In this document: positions 49,680-62,545 of the stretch, piece by piece
How positions within the stretch are numbered: the stretch's first letter is position 1
Layout: each line of letters starts with the position of its first letter
Assembly (NCBI RefSeq): GCF_006345805.1
Contig: NC_043010.1
Coordinates: 58,776,001 to 58,840,000, forward strand
DNA from: Octopus sinensis
Lineage: Eukaryota
Direction of reading: 5' to 3'
DNA length: 64,000 nt
The notes under the pieces: model-generated
Seen by the model: only the letters and a program-made list of their open reading frames with translations
What the model was told of the DNA's origin: nothing
The model's database searches: none
Made by a program: the position numbers and the translations under genes

Positions 49680-50147
49680 TATGTGTGGATGTTTGTATGT
49701 ATAAGTTTATAGGGTTGTATGTGTGTATATGTTTGTATGAATGTATGTATGTAAATTTGTATGTATGTATGTATGAATGTTTGTATGTATGTATGTGTGC
49801 GGTCTGTATAGGGAGGGACATTACCTGTCAGAGTGTGTGTGTGTGTGTGTGTGTGTGTAAGGGAGAAAGTGAGAGAGATGTATATATAGAAAGAGAGGGA
49901 GAGAGATTACCTGTATGTGTGTGTATGTTTGTTAGTTTTGTAAGTGTGTATATGTGTGTGTGTGAATATACGGTGGTGTGTATGAGAAAGTACATGTGTG
50001 TGTGTGTGTGTGAAGAAGAGTGGGAGACAATCTTTTTTGTGAGGTGGTGCCAAGGGGCTTTAGTCTTCGTTTTGTTGTTGTTTATGGGTGAAGTTGTTAC
50101 TGTTGTTGTTGTAAACTGTAGTAATACCAGTAGAAGTAGTTGTAGTG

Positions 50148-50220
<73 letters not shown>

Positions 50221-51290
50221 AAGTAGTAGTAGTGGTGGTGGTGGTGGTGGTGGTAGTAGTAGTTAGTAGTAGTAGTTGAACGTGTCTTTGTTGTTATTGC
50301 AGTCATCAGTGATGTAATTGTTGTTGATGTTATCATCAAGCATGTTGTTTATATGTGTTGTTGTTGTTGTTGTTGTTGTTATTGTTCTTGATGTTGTTAC
50401 AAACACTTTTGTCGTTGTTGTTGTTGTTGATGTTAACAACTGTTACAAATGTCGTTAGAGTTGTTCTTGTTGTTGTTGTTGTTACTTAGCACCCAAGTTA
50501 TTCTTATCCAACAGACTTATTATGTGACCAGAACTATTCCATCCACGACCATCCCAACATTATTTTACTAGGCATAATGTACCTCGGACAACATCACTGT
50601 AAGTTTTCCTTCTTTAACATGTTTGGTAGGGTATGGTTTGAGGGAGATTTGGTTACTATTTCTAGCAGATGAACAAACCCTATAGTAGCTCCTTTACTTG
50701 TTGTTATTCTTTTGCGATGCGTGTTCAGGGTGTATATATAGATGTATATATATGGATGCATACATTTAAGTATATATATACAAATACATTATATATACAC
50801 ACATTATATATACACACACACACATATATATATATATATAACTATATGTGTGTTTATATATATATGTGTGCATGTATGTATAGGTGTATATGTGTATGTA
50901 TGCATATATGTAAGTTTGTATGTACGTATGTATGAGTATGTATGTGTGTATATGCATATGCATACACATGTGTGTATAAATATATATATGTACTCATGTG
51001 TATGTATTTATGTATGTATGTATCTATGTATACATATATATATAGATTTGTGTATGTATAAACATATGTCTGAATGTATTTATCTACCTGTCTATCTGTA
51101 TGTATGTATGTATGTATGAATGTTTGTATGTATGTATGTATGTATGTATGTATGTATGTATGTATGAATGTTTGTATGTATGTATGTATGTATGTATGTA
51201 CGGTGTATGTATGTATGTATGTATGTGTGTATGAATGTTTGTATGTATGTATGTATGTGTGCGGTCTGTATACATACAGTGAAAAGAGAG
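49680..51290. repeat. (TGTA)n/(GT)n/(AGT)n/(GTT)n microsatellite field
   Basis: Directly visible. Confidence 0.9.
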
Positions 51291-51310
51291 AGGTGTAAAG
51301 TTGCACCTAC

Positions 51311-51461
51311 CTGCAGGCAAGCCGTTCCATCTCTGTTCCGTTGTTCCTGACAGCGCTCTAGTCATCAACTACACACGACGCACCGACACACGCTCTTACG
51401 CACATGCATAAGCACACACACGGACACACACGTTCTCTCTCTGTCTTTCCCTTGCTCTCTT

Positions 51462-51499
<38 letters not shown>

Positions 51500-51639
51500 T
51501 CTGGCTGCTGCTTCGTATGGTGATGGCATCAAACTGGTGTTGTCACATCTCCGGTTTAAGATGATATCTCTATGCGGATGGTGGGGTTGTGATGCGTGCT
51601 TGGCAGCGGCGGGGAGGGGGCAGTGGGTGAGAGGTGAGT
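51311..51639. promoter_or_regulatory. Candidate CpG-rich promoter with divergent first-exon splice donors
   Basis: About 10 CpG in 51320-51435 and about 8 in 51500-51670, around a (CT)n tract. Minus donor CAG|GTAGGT at 51311/51310; plus donor GAG|GTGAGT at 51633/51634. Confidence 0.4.
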
Positions 51640-51659
51640 TTTTTACTATAAAGTGCGTG

Positions 51660-52670
51660 TGTATCCGTGCATGTGTGTGTGTGTGTTGTTTTAATGGTAT
51701 GCGTGTGATGTTTTGATGGTGTGTCTGTGTACTGTTGTGATTGTGTGTGTGTATGCGTGAGTTTCTATGTGGGTATGTGTGTTGTTGTGTATGGTGTATG
51801 CTGTTTTGATTGTGTGTTTGTGTGTGTTGTTGTTGATGATGTGTGTATGTGTGTGTGTTGTTTTGATGGTGCGCGTGTGTTGTTTTGATTGTGTGTTTGT
51901 GTGAGTTTCTATGTGTGTTGTTGTTTATAATGTGTGTATGTGTGTGTGTTGTTTTGATGGTGTGTCTGTGTGCTGTTGCGATGGTCTATGTATATGTGAG
52001 TGTGTGTGCTGTTGTGAAGGTGTGTGTATATGTTAATGATAAATTTTCAGTAAAGTATGTGTGAGTTTCTGTTATGTTTTTGCAGTGTGGCAGTGCATTA
52101 TGGTAATGGTGTGTGCATGTGTATATGTATATATGTGTATGTGTGTTATGACAGTGTGTATATTAAGTTAGTGTGATAGTGTGTATATGTGTCTGATAGT
52201 GTGTGTGTGTGTGTGTGTGTGTGATAGTGTGTGTCTGATAGTGTGTGTGTGTGTATGTGTGATAGTGTGTGTGTGTGTATGTGATTTGTTACAAAGTATG
52301 AATGTGAATATTCATATGTTTCAGTCTGTCACAAACTTTTGTTGGTGTGAAAATGTATGTGTGCGTGTGTATGTAATTATGCGTAAAGGTATATATGTGT
52401 GTGTGTGTGTGTGTCTATGTGTAAACATCTGTGTGATGTTATGTATGAGTGGAAATACGTATTTTTCACTGTATGTGTGTCTGTTAGTTCTATGTTGTGT
52501 GTGTGCGTGTGTATATGTGTGTCTGTGTGTGTATGTGTGTCTGTGTGTGTATGTGTGTGTCTGTGTGTGTATATGTGTGTCTGTGTGTGTATGTGTGTGT
52601 CTGTGTGTGTATGTGTGTGTCTGTTGTGTATGTGTGTGTGTATGTGTATGTGTGTGTATGATGTGCTGTG
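51660..52670. repeat. GT-rich mini/microsatellite mosaic (GTGTGTTGTTTTGATG-like and GTGTGTATGTGTGTCT units)
   Basis: Directly visible. Confidence 0.8.
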
Positions 52671-53301
52671 TATACAGTTATGTCAGTAAATGAAGAAGTG
52701 GGCAAGAAAGGTTCAGTGTGTATATACAGGGTGTGTAAAAGTGTATATATGTGAATAATGTGTAATTATGTGTATGTAGAATGAGTTGTGTGCAAATATA
52801 ATTTAGTGTGTATAACTTTAGAGTTTAAATGTGTATATAATTGTATATGTATATATATATATGCATATACAAATATATATATGTGTGTATGTTTATGTAT
52901 ATATATGTGTGTGTGTGTGTGTATATAGTGTGGATATGTGTGTGTATGTATCTACAACTGTATATAAGATTGATCCAGGTAAAGTATAGGCAGTAGTTTC
53001 AAGTGTCACCAAACAGCATCAACAGCAGCAGCACTACTGAGAGAATTGTGCTCCTTACACTGCACAGATGTGCAACTTCTGCAGCCTCACAAGGCAACTG
53101 GTGCACCACCACTCATACACTTGTCTCTATATACACTGCCAAAGTCTATACACAGTCTCTCATTTCACACACCAATCATTGATATTGTCAACTACTTCCT
53201 CGATGAGACTCTCTCTGAGAATGGCTGGAAATATACATATAAATATATATATATGTGTGTGTATGTGTGTGTATATATTCTTTTATTCGTTTATTTTTTA
53301 T

Positions 53302-53590
53302 TTTTACTTGTTTCAGTCATTTGATTGCAGCCATGCTGGAGCACTGCTTTTAGTCGAACAAATTGACCCCAGGAATTATTCTTTATAAGCCTAGTATTTA
53401 TTCTATCAGTCTCTTAGGCTGAACTGCTAAGTTACAGGGACATGAACACACCAACATTGGTTGTCAAGAGAGGGTGGAGGGACAAACATAGACACACACA
53501 TGCACAAACATATACACACACACACACCACACATAATATATACTATATATATATTATATATATATTACGTATTAATATAATATACATATA

Positions 53591-53621
<31 letters not shown>

Positions 53622-53675
53622 CATATATATATCTATACACACACACACACAAACACACACATACACACACACACA

Positions 53676-53706
<31 letters not shown>

Positions 53707-53886
53707 CATGTATATATATATATATATAATATATGTGTGCGACAGGATTCCTTCAGTTTCCAACTACCAAGGCTTTGGTTAGCCCGATGTTATAGTAGAA
53801 AAGACACTTGGGCAAGGTGCCACACAGTGGGACTGAACCTGGGACCGTTTAGTTGGGAAGCAAGCTTCATACCACACAGTCACACC
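53302..53886 (-). mobile_element. SINE family S2, full length with expanded internal microsatellite
   Basis: Same head and tail as 46417-46853. Confidence 0.85.
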
Positions 53887-53915
53887 ATATATATAAGCAT
53901 ATACATGTATGTATG

Positions 53916-53950
<35 letters not shown>

Positions 53951-54206
53951 ACATATATATGTATGTATGTGTGTGTCTATGTATGTTTATATACAAACAT
54001 ATAAATATATATATGTATATATATCTGCATGTATATGTGCCTATGTATGTGAGTTGCATGTATTATGTACATGTATGTGTATATATATATATATATTTAT
54101 ATATACATACATGAAAGTACATATATACATATACATACACACACATATACATACAGATATAATTACATATATATATATGTGCATATATATGTGTATATAC
54201 AGACAT

Positions 54207-54470
54207 CCTCGTGCCGGTGGCACATAAAAAGCACCATCCGTTCGTGGCCGTTTGCCAGCTCTGTCTGGCACCACTGCGGGTGGCACGTAAAAAGCACCCA
54301 CTACACTCACGGAGTGGTTGGCGTTAGGAAGGGCATCCAGCCGTAGAAACACTGCCAGATTTGACTGGGCCTGATGAAGCCTTCTGGCTTCACAGACCTC
54401 AGTAGAACCGTCCAACCCATGCTAGCATGGAAAACGGACGCTAAATGATGATGATGATGATGATGATGAT
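54207..54470 (+). mobile_element. RTE-tail element (SINE or RTE 3' UTR)
   Basis: GTTAGGAAGGGCATCCAGCCGTAGAAAC..GCATGGAAAACGGACGCTAAA(TGA)n is the same tail as the RTE copies at 5934 and 43543. Confidence 0.75.
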
Positions 54471-54783
54471 ATACACACACACGGACATATATGTGTATGT
54501 TATATATATATATTCACCTCATATGTATACACATGTATACATGGTTACATGTGCATCTGTGACCAATCATGTGTTTACAGGTTTATATTAGTACAGTCAT
54601 TAGTATTTGAGTGCACATTGTATATGCAGTTTCTATACACAGACAGACACAGACCAACAAACAGATTACATGGTTTGAAAATAGCCGTATGTATACAAGC
54701 CAGTACATATATACATATATATACATGCATATATATATATATGTATATATCTGTATCTCTGTACATTTATGTGTGTATGTGAG

Positions 54784-54866
<83 letters not shown>

Positions 54867-56524
54867 TATGTGTGTGTGTGTGTGTATTTGCATATATATA
54901 TGTGTGTGCATGTAGTGGCTGTAATATTAGAGTCCGTTGCTAGTAGGGGCTGCCAGTTGTGTCCTTTAATTGATGGATGAGCTCCATAGAGCTTAGATTG
55001 ATGGGGTTCCTTTACTATACACACACACAAACACACACAACCACATGTACACACAATGTACACACAATGTGTGTGCTCAAATGCACACACATTGATCACC
55101 ATGCACATGGAGACACACATACATGTTTATACACATGCACACACACATATATATATATACACACATACATCCATACACACATACATCTGCAGATACACAC
55201 AGCCAAGATAAATGGAGTACTTTAGCAGCATATAACTATACATACACACACATATATATATACAAACATATATATATATACATACACATACACACACATG
55301 TATATATATCTGTATGTATACACACAAATACATGTGCATGTAACTCACTCATGCTATACACACACATATCCTCTGAGCTCCATATATATTTATACATATA
55401 TATACACATGCAAATTAACTGCATCATCATTGTCACTTATACACAAACATGCATAAACTTGTGTGCATTATACAGAGTGACATAATATATTGCTACATTT
55501 ACACATTCACATGCGTGTGAGTGTGTATATGTGTGTGTTTGTGCATATATGTATATACATACATATATTTATGCATCTATATTATATATGATATATGTAT
55601 ATATATATATGTATGTGTGTATGTATATATATATATATGTCTGTGTATATATGTATATATATATATATATATGAAGAGGGAGAAAGAGAGAGTTACATGT
55701 AACATTGAAGAAATGTGCATTCACTCATCCTTATACACACTGAGAAATATACGCATATATTTAAACACCTGCCCTCCCACTGCATATATGTATGTATATC
55801 TATCTATCTATTTGTGTGTGTGTGTATACATACATATATGTATCCATATACATGTTCACTTCCAGAGTCAAATAAATTCCGGTATATACATCTACACTCC
55901 TACCCATTCTTCTTTTCCTTAAAACTTCCCTGGTTGCTTTCTAGCACTTCAATTTCCTCCTACATCCCCTCACATTCTTTCTTCATATATTCATGATTTC
56001 TTACTCTCTTTCTCTCCTTTCTTTTCCCCTCTCTCTCATCTAATGTTTCACTTTTCTTTCTTTCTTTCATTTTTGATGATGGACAAATGTCTAAAATGTT
56101 AATCTACACTCTGTTTTTCTTTGAAATAGCAAACTAAACGATATAACATTTAAACAGAATGTCTCCTGTTTCTTCTATTGGTGTATTAATCTTCAAAGTT
56201 CACTTCTTTGATTGTTATATCTTTGCCTTATATTTCTACACTTTTTCAGTCATGTGGGTTTTTCTCTTGTCTGAATCTATGTATTCTTTGTTTGTCTTCC
56301 CTTTGTTTATTTTCATTAAGAATTTTAACATTGGTCTGTTAATTGATGGAAAACATGAATTCTAAATATATTGTTCATCTTTTTCCATAGTTAATATGAA
56401 ATTTGATTAACATTTAAGTTTTGCTTGGTGGGTATGAGTTCAATCACTGAGTAATGTGTATGTGTGTGTATATGTACATATATTACCATACATACACACA
56501 CCTCTATATATAGACATACATACA

Positions 56525-56569
<45 letters not shown>

Positions 56570-56711
56570 TATCAGGATATTTAAAATTCTTATAGGGATA
56601 GTTTTGTCCAAGATACCCTGGTTTAATATATTATATTTCGAAGAGATATTTCTTCAATAAATATATTATAAAATATCAGATATTATTAATAAATTTGAAC
56701 ATGGAGAGGTT

Positions 56712-56902
56712 CAATGGATATACATTAATTTATTAATTATTTAAATTTGCCTACAACTGTTTCACTTTGCACCCAATTTAAATTACAAAATATATCAAAA
56801 TGATGCAAGCATATTATACATGTTTTGTAATTTAAATTGGGTGCAAAGTGAAACACTTGTAGGCATGTTAAATAATTAATAAACTAGTTTATATCTCCAT
56901 TG
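56712..56902. repeat. Fold-back element E (about 80-bp arms, about 30-nt spacer)
   Basis: TGCCTACAACTGTTTCACTTTGCACCCAATTTAAATTACAAAA versus TTTTGTAATTTAAATTGGGTGCAAAGTGAAACACTTGTAGGCA; carries GAAAC ACTT GTA, a hammerhead 3' half. Confidence 0.75.
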
Positions 56903-56917
56903 TAAAACTTGTTAATA

Positions 56918-56955
<38 letters not shown>

Positions 56956-56956
<1 letters not shown>

Positions 56957-57208
56957 TTGAGGGAATATTATTCCAAACTTACAGGGAAAAATTCAATTTA
57001 GAAATACTAAATCAAATTTCACAAAATATAATATATATATAAATTAGAAAATAAATTACCAAATATATACGTTATTTTGCACATTACTTAATCATTGGTA
57101 TATTATTCTTTATCTTATATTTAATATTTCTATTATATGTAATTTTCTAGATGATGTAATTTAATTTTTCATTTTGAATTGATAAAAGGTGGAGTTTTTT
57201 CTAATTTT
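56956..57208 (-). mobile_element. PLE-like terminal fragment related to the 5118 and 7365 terminus
   Basis: GAGGGAATATTATTCCAAACTTACAGGGAAAAA resembles TAGGGAATAAATCCAAATTTACAGGGAAAAA; lies between (AAT)n and (TA)n. Confidence 0.4.
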
Positions 57209-57229
57209 TATATATATATATATATATAC

Positions 57230-58155
57230 GCGAGAAAGAAGCAACAAGAATGGATAGGTTTTTAGTACAATCGTTTCATACAAGGACAGGCTTTATTAAA
57301 AGTTGTAAAAATTACAGCATATAAAACGGTCCCGTACTCATCAGCTAAAATACATGTGAGTTCTCTAGACATCCTAGTGGTTGAAGCTATACTCATGAAG
57401 TAATGTAGATAATTAAGTAACAAAACAGATTTCCAAAGTTCATTAAATTTCTTTAAAGATGATGTACAGTCTTATCACAGAATTTTAAAAAGTTCTAATA
57501 GCATCACAGAGAAGGTGACCTAATCCATAGAGCACATATGAAATTCCAGAGATATGATGAGGATTACATACTCACAGAAGACAAATTTATCCATTGTTAA
57601 TCACAACGAGGTGGGTCTCAATTCCTGCTTATTAGCATTACAGAGAGGGTGAATTAATCCTTTTATAGAGCACAATTTCCAATGGTGTAGATGTACACCA
57701 TTGGAAATTGTGCATCTATACAAAGGATTAATTCACCCTCTCTGTAATGCTAATAAGCAGGAATTGAGACCCACCTCGTTGTGATTAACAATGGATAAAT
57801 TTGTCTTCTGTGAGTATGTAATCCCTCATCATATCTCTGGAATTTCATATGTGCTCTATGGATTAGGTCACCTTCTCTGTGATGCTATTAGAACTTTTTA
57901 AAATTCTGTGATAAGACTGTACATCATCTTAAAGAACTTTAATGAACTTTGGAAATCTGTTGTGTACTTAATTATCTACATTACTTCATGAGTATAGCTT
58001 CAACCACTAGGATGTCTAGAGAACTCACATGTATTTTAGCTGATGAGTACGGGACACGTTTTATATGCTGTAATTTTTACAACTTTTAATAAAGCCTGTC
58101 CTTGTATGAAACGATTGTACTAAAAACCTATCCATTCTTGTTGCTTCTTTCTCGC
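57230..58155. mobile_element. Fold-back PLE-like element F (about 460-bp arms, 4-nt spacer)
   Basis: 57230-57689 is the reverse complement of 57694-58155 apart from a few small differences, mostly 1-nt indels; (TA)n on the left. Confidence 0.85.
58034..58125 (+). ncRNA. Type I hammerhead ribozyme motif (mirror copy on minus strand at 57260-57350)
   Basis: Stem I TTTTAG/CTAAAA, core CTGATGA, stem II GTACGGGAC/GTCCTTGTAT with a long loop, GAAA, helix III C-GATT-G, triplet GTA (cleavage after 58119). Confidence 0.75.
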
Positions 58156-58274
58156 TTATAATCACCCCACATTACTGTATTGTTAAAACAGTATAGTTTT
58201 TTTTGGTGCATCTAAGTTAGGTACCATATTCAAGTAAATTCATTTAAATTAACTTGAATCTTTATTGCTTTTTG

Positions 58275-58328
<54 letters not shown>

Positions 58329-58526
58329 CACTTACATAAGTGTATGTGTGCTCTGTCTCATGTAGAATGAGCAGGTGTTGTTATAACAAGTTCAAGAATA
58401 ACTAATACAGGGTTATTCTTGTCATAGACAATGGAATGAGATTATTTCAGTCCCATTTCCTTCCCCACCATAGCATTCAATAAAGGGTTCAGTTTGACAT
58501 TTCAGGAATATTGCCAAATGCAAAAG

Positions 58527-58598
58527 GCACGTGAAGATGTGAGGAAGGTTCAGCAACTGAAACGTTGTGACAATAACAATAACAACAAGATGAGGACT
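58527..58598 (+). mobile_element. Hammerhead-like tail fragment of the 4224-4290 family
   Basis: CAC-GTGAAGA..CT-GAAACGTT-GTG..AACAAGATGAGGAC. Confidence 0.45.
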
Positions 58599-58678
58599 TT
58601 AGTTTAACAAGGGTCATTTTTCTTATGTCAGAAATTGAGACAAAAAGGTCATCTGGTGTATATACATATTCATACATT

Positions 58679-58719
<41 letters not shown>

Positions 58720-59115
58720 CTTACCTTAAATGTCAGCATATGGACAAGTTTCTATTATTGAACTGGAAAACACAGCCCTCCTGAAATTAAGTCATTGGTC
58801 TCACAAATTTTAATATTTCCCCTTCAATTTAATTACACCAATTATGGAAATTCAAGTTCTAATGATTCAAAGGGAAGCATCATTTGTCTTCTTCCTCTCT
58901 TGTTTCTCTCATTCCACATTTATTCATTTCCTTTAATGTTTTCCAGTTCTTTCCGGGGCAGCCAAATTGCATCTTGAGTTTGAATGATTGCCTGAAAATA
59001 CAGCACACATTATGCAATCTTGTCCAATCATTATATTTTCAGAGGCATGAAACTCACAGTAATTCATATTTAATACCGTGTGCGCATATATATCTATATA
59101 TACATATATATGTGT

Positions 59116-59496
59116 AAAGCTGAAGTTGTCTGTGTATGGCACGTTTGGTAGCCTTCAACTAACACTATCTCCTCCGAGACCCTGTGACGCAAGTTGACCA
59201 AAATGGAGAGTATGATAGAAGAAGGCTTGCTCTTCATTTCGTAGGAGATAAAATTTAAATCGGACCTTGTTAACACCAAAAATTATTTACCTCAAAAAGG
59301 TGCTTTTTTTCTATGAAAATCCCTATTTTTTACGATTATTTTGACTGCTGTGTTGCCAATTTTCGGTGTATTTCAACCAGAAAAATGTTCACTTAAAGAG
59401 AATAACAAGCTACATAATACAAAATTTTTACTTTTCAAAAATTCCAATTCTAAAGGGTCGAAACAAACCCGAGCAACACCGGGCGATACTGCAAGT
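59116..59496 (-). mobile_element. Non-autonomous Helentron-like element, second copy
   Basis: Reverse complement of 34048-34436 with scattered substitutions; TA-rich flanks. Confidence 0.55.
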
Positions 59497-60067
59497 ATAT
59501 ATATAAAATTGTATAGTATAGGCACAAACGAAAAGATGTATAATGAATGCACAAACACAGATGAATGGAAAAACGTATATTGAATGCACAGATGGACAGA
59601 AAGTAAAAGCAGAAAGTCCCTAATTCTTCATCAGTTACCAACCAGATGGTATTACTCAGTTTTACTCTATTAATCATAAGACTGAGTTGTTTCCTATAGT
59701 TGAGTCTTACTTATAAAGTAGATATATGTAATGGTGCAAATTTGATCTTATTTCTCTGTAGATTGAAAAAAAAACAGGGAATGTTGAACAGTCTTAATCA
59801 ATTTCTGAACCTTATGGGATTCTCCTCAGAGAGCAACCAATTTGTTAATATTCTCAACAATTCCTGTAGCAACAGAAAACTGGGGCTACTAATTTGCATA
59901 ATGTGTTACCACTTTATTTAATATCCGGAGCCTGTAAACGGGGATCTCAGTCCATATATTATGTATGATATACATATATCTGTAACCTATAGAGTAGAGA
60001 GATAAGCTGAGCTAATTTAGATATTTCTCCATAAATTGAAAGAATGGTAAATTGCATGGCAAACACA

Positions 60068-60252
60068 CTAGTGCCGGTGGCATGAAAGAAGGACTCAATA
60101 CACTCTGTGAAGTGGTTGGTGTTAGGAAGAAGAACCAGCCTTAAAAATCCTGCCGAAACTGACACAATGGATCTTGACACAGTCCTCTAGTTTACCAGAA
60201 CCTGTCAAAACAAGCAACCGATGCCAGCATGGGAGGAGGACATTACATGATG
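60068..60252 (+). mobile_element. RTE-tail element, old copy
   Basis: GTGGTTGGTGTTAGGAAGAAGAACCAGCC..GCCAGCATGGGAGGAGGACATTACATGATG. Confidence 0.55.
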
Positions 60253-61612
60253 AGGAGGAGGAGGAAGAAGAAGAAGAGGAGGAGGAGGATATATATGAAT
60301 ATACATATATCAATACATAATTTGTGAGTTTGAATTCCGTTCACCACCATCATCATCATCATCATTATCATATACACAGGTATACATATGTATATGGTAT
60401 GAAGCATTGGCTGAGTGTATATATAAGTCTATAGTTTGTATATGATTGGTTCAGTGCTTGTGTGTGTGTGTGTGTGTGTGTACTAGAATGACATATAATT
60501 GAATTCTTAGAGAGAAAATAAGATCTTCATTTTACATTTTCTCTTCCAGAACACATTGTGCATGGATGCATACACACACACTCACACACACACATACACA
60601 ACTATCTATATATATGCAGAGAGAGAGATGTACATATATACACACGTGTACATGTTTGTGTGCATATATTTCTATATGGATATATCCAAGAATACAAGGA
60701 ATATATGAAGAATTATATGTATATGTGATATGAATTTATGTGAACACACACTCACACATATATACACACATACATAGACACACATGCACACATATATATG
60801 TGTGTGTATATATATATGTGCATGTGTGCGTATGTGTATATACACACATATTTTGGGCTTTAATGTATATTATATAAGAATATAAAATAAAATAATCTTC
60901 CTATATCTATGTATACATTCATATACATATATATATATATATATATATACATGTTCATATGTATGTATAAAGTGTGTGCACTGAATGTAAAGAAATGAGA
61001 GAGAGAAAGAGAGGAGGAGAGCTAGTGAGAAAGAGAGAGGGAGAGAGATAGAGGTTTGGGAAAGAGAAAGTGTGTGAGGGGGAGGATGAGGAGTGTGAGA
61101 GAAAGTTTCCCTTTGTAGTCAGGCTTGCCTCCATTACACATTTTTTTTCCCCTTTGCTATTGACAGCTTTGAAAAAAGAGAAAAATCTCTGAAAAAAATT
61201 CAGGGGACATGTCACTCCGTCCCCACTCCCTGTCCCCTTTCAATAGGTAGAAAATATTTCACTGATAAAGCTGGCTAATATATTCTTTGGTTCATCTGTG
61301 TGCTGTGTATGTGTGTGTGTGTGTGTGTTAGGATGTGCCTGTGTTTCTCTGTGTGTGTGTATATTGCCATTGTGTATGTGTGCAATCACACACATACTGT
61401 ATACACACACATACTGTATACACACACATACTGTATATACACACACATATATTTCTCATTTTTTTATACTTATGCATGTGTGTGTGCATATATATATGTA
61501 TATATATTTATCATATTTAATATATGTATATATACACAGAAATGTATGTATACACACACACACATATACATATATATATATACATAAATATGTATATATG
61601 TATATAAATATG

Positions 61613-61645
<33 letters not shown>

Positions 61646-62061
61646 ATACATATTTATAGACATATTTCTTTGTGTGTGTCTGTGCATGTGCAAATATCTA
61701 CGTATGTGTTTTCTGTGTGTATGTGTATGTATGTATACACACGCATACACATACTCATACACATGCACACACACATAGATACATGCATGCACGTGAGCAT
61801 GTTCATGCACACACAGACACACACAACAGATAAAGCATTGCAGTAGCTGCCTATGCATGTGTTTATGCATGCAAAAAATAACGATATTTTTTTGTTAGCA
61901 TGATGTATGGGTGTATATATATATATATAAATGAACATGCTTATGAGCACGTGTATGCGTGTGCATAACGAAATATGTGTGTGTGTGTTTATATTTATCT
62001 CAGAATAGTTTTTTTCCATGGAGAATTGATCCAGTTGTGTGACAGTTCCATATATGTTTGT

Positions 62062-62210
62062 GTACCAAGTTGTATGTACCTAGTTGCATGTGCACCTATT
62101 TGAGTGTCAACCTAGCTGTGTTTGTACCTTGTTGTGTGTATTCCTTATTGTGTGAGTACCTGGTTGTATGGATACCTAGTTGTGTGCATACCAGGTTGTG
62201 TGTGTACCTA
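62062..62210 (+). repeat. Diverged 16-bp minisatellite, about 9.5 units (consensus GTACCTAGTTGTGTGT)
   Basis: Units such as gtacctagttgcatgt, gtaccttgttgtgtgt, gtacctggttgtatgg and atacctagttgtgtgc. Confidence 0.8.
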
Positions 62211-62324
62211 CACATGTGCATGCCAAGCTAAGTATACATAACTATATATATAAATCTTTATGGTTTCCATATGCATATATATGTACCAATATGTAGAACT
62301 CAATGTAAATATGTATATGTATGC

Positions 62325-62380
<56 letters not shown>

Positions 62381-62432
62381 ATACACATGTATAAGCTCTG
62401 TTTCTCTCTCTCTCCCTCCCTTTTTGTATATG

Positions 62433-62480
<48 letters not shown>

Positions 62481-62483
62481 ATG

Positions 62484-62545
62484 TTGGACTTCACAGAAGC
62501 AATGACAAAAGGCCGAGACCTCTGGAGATATGCTGTGACTGAGAA
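62484..62545 (+). mobile_element. RTE ORF-end fragment
   Basis: LDFTEAMTKGRDLWRYAVTE matches LGLTEAMTSDRDLWQYTVLE of the 45378-45608 copy. Confidence 0.6.

Noticed and set aside
54374-54395. CTGATGAAGCC-TTCT-GGCTT hammerhead-like 5' half
   Set aside because: No GAAA follows. The homologous position in the other RTE-tail copies reads CTGGTGCAGC, so this is a chance mutation.
56160-56330. Possible PLE GIY-YIG remnant on the minus strand (RQRYNNQRSEL)
   Set aside because: Only a few residues match across frameshifts in AT-rich sequence; it needs a profile search.
58725-58780. Minus-strand exon with good splice sites (ttaatttcag|...AAG|gtaagt)
   Set aside because: All three frames contain stops and nothing links it to a transcript; it could only be a UTR exon, which I cannot support.
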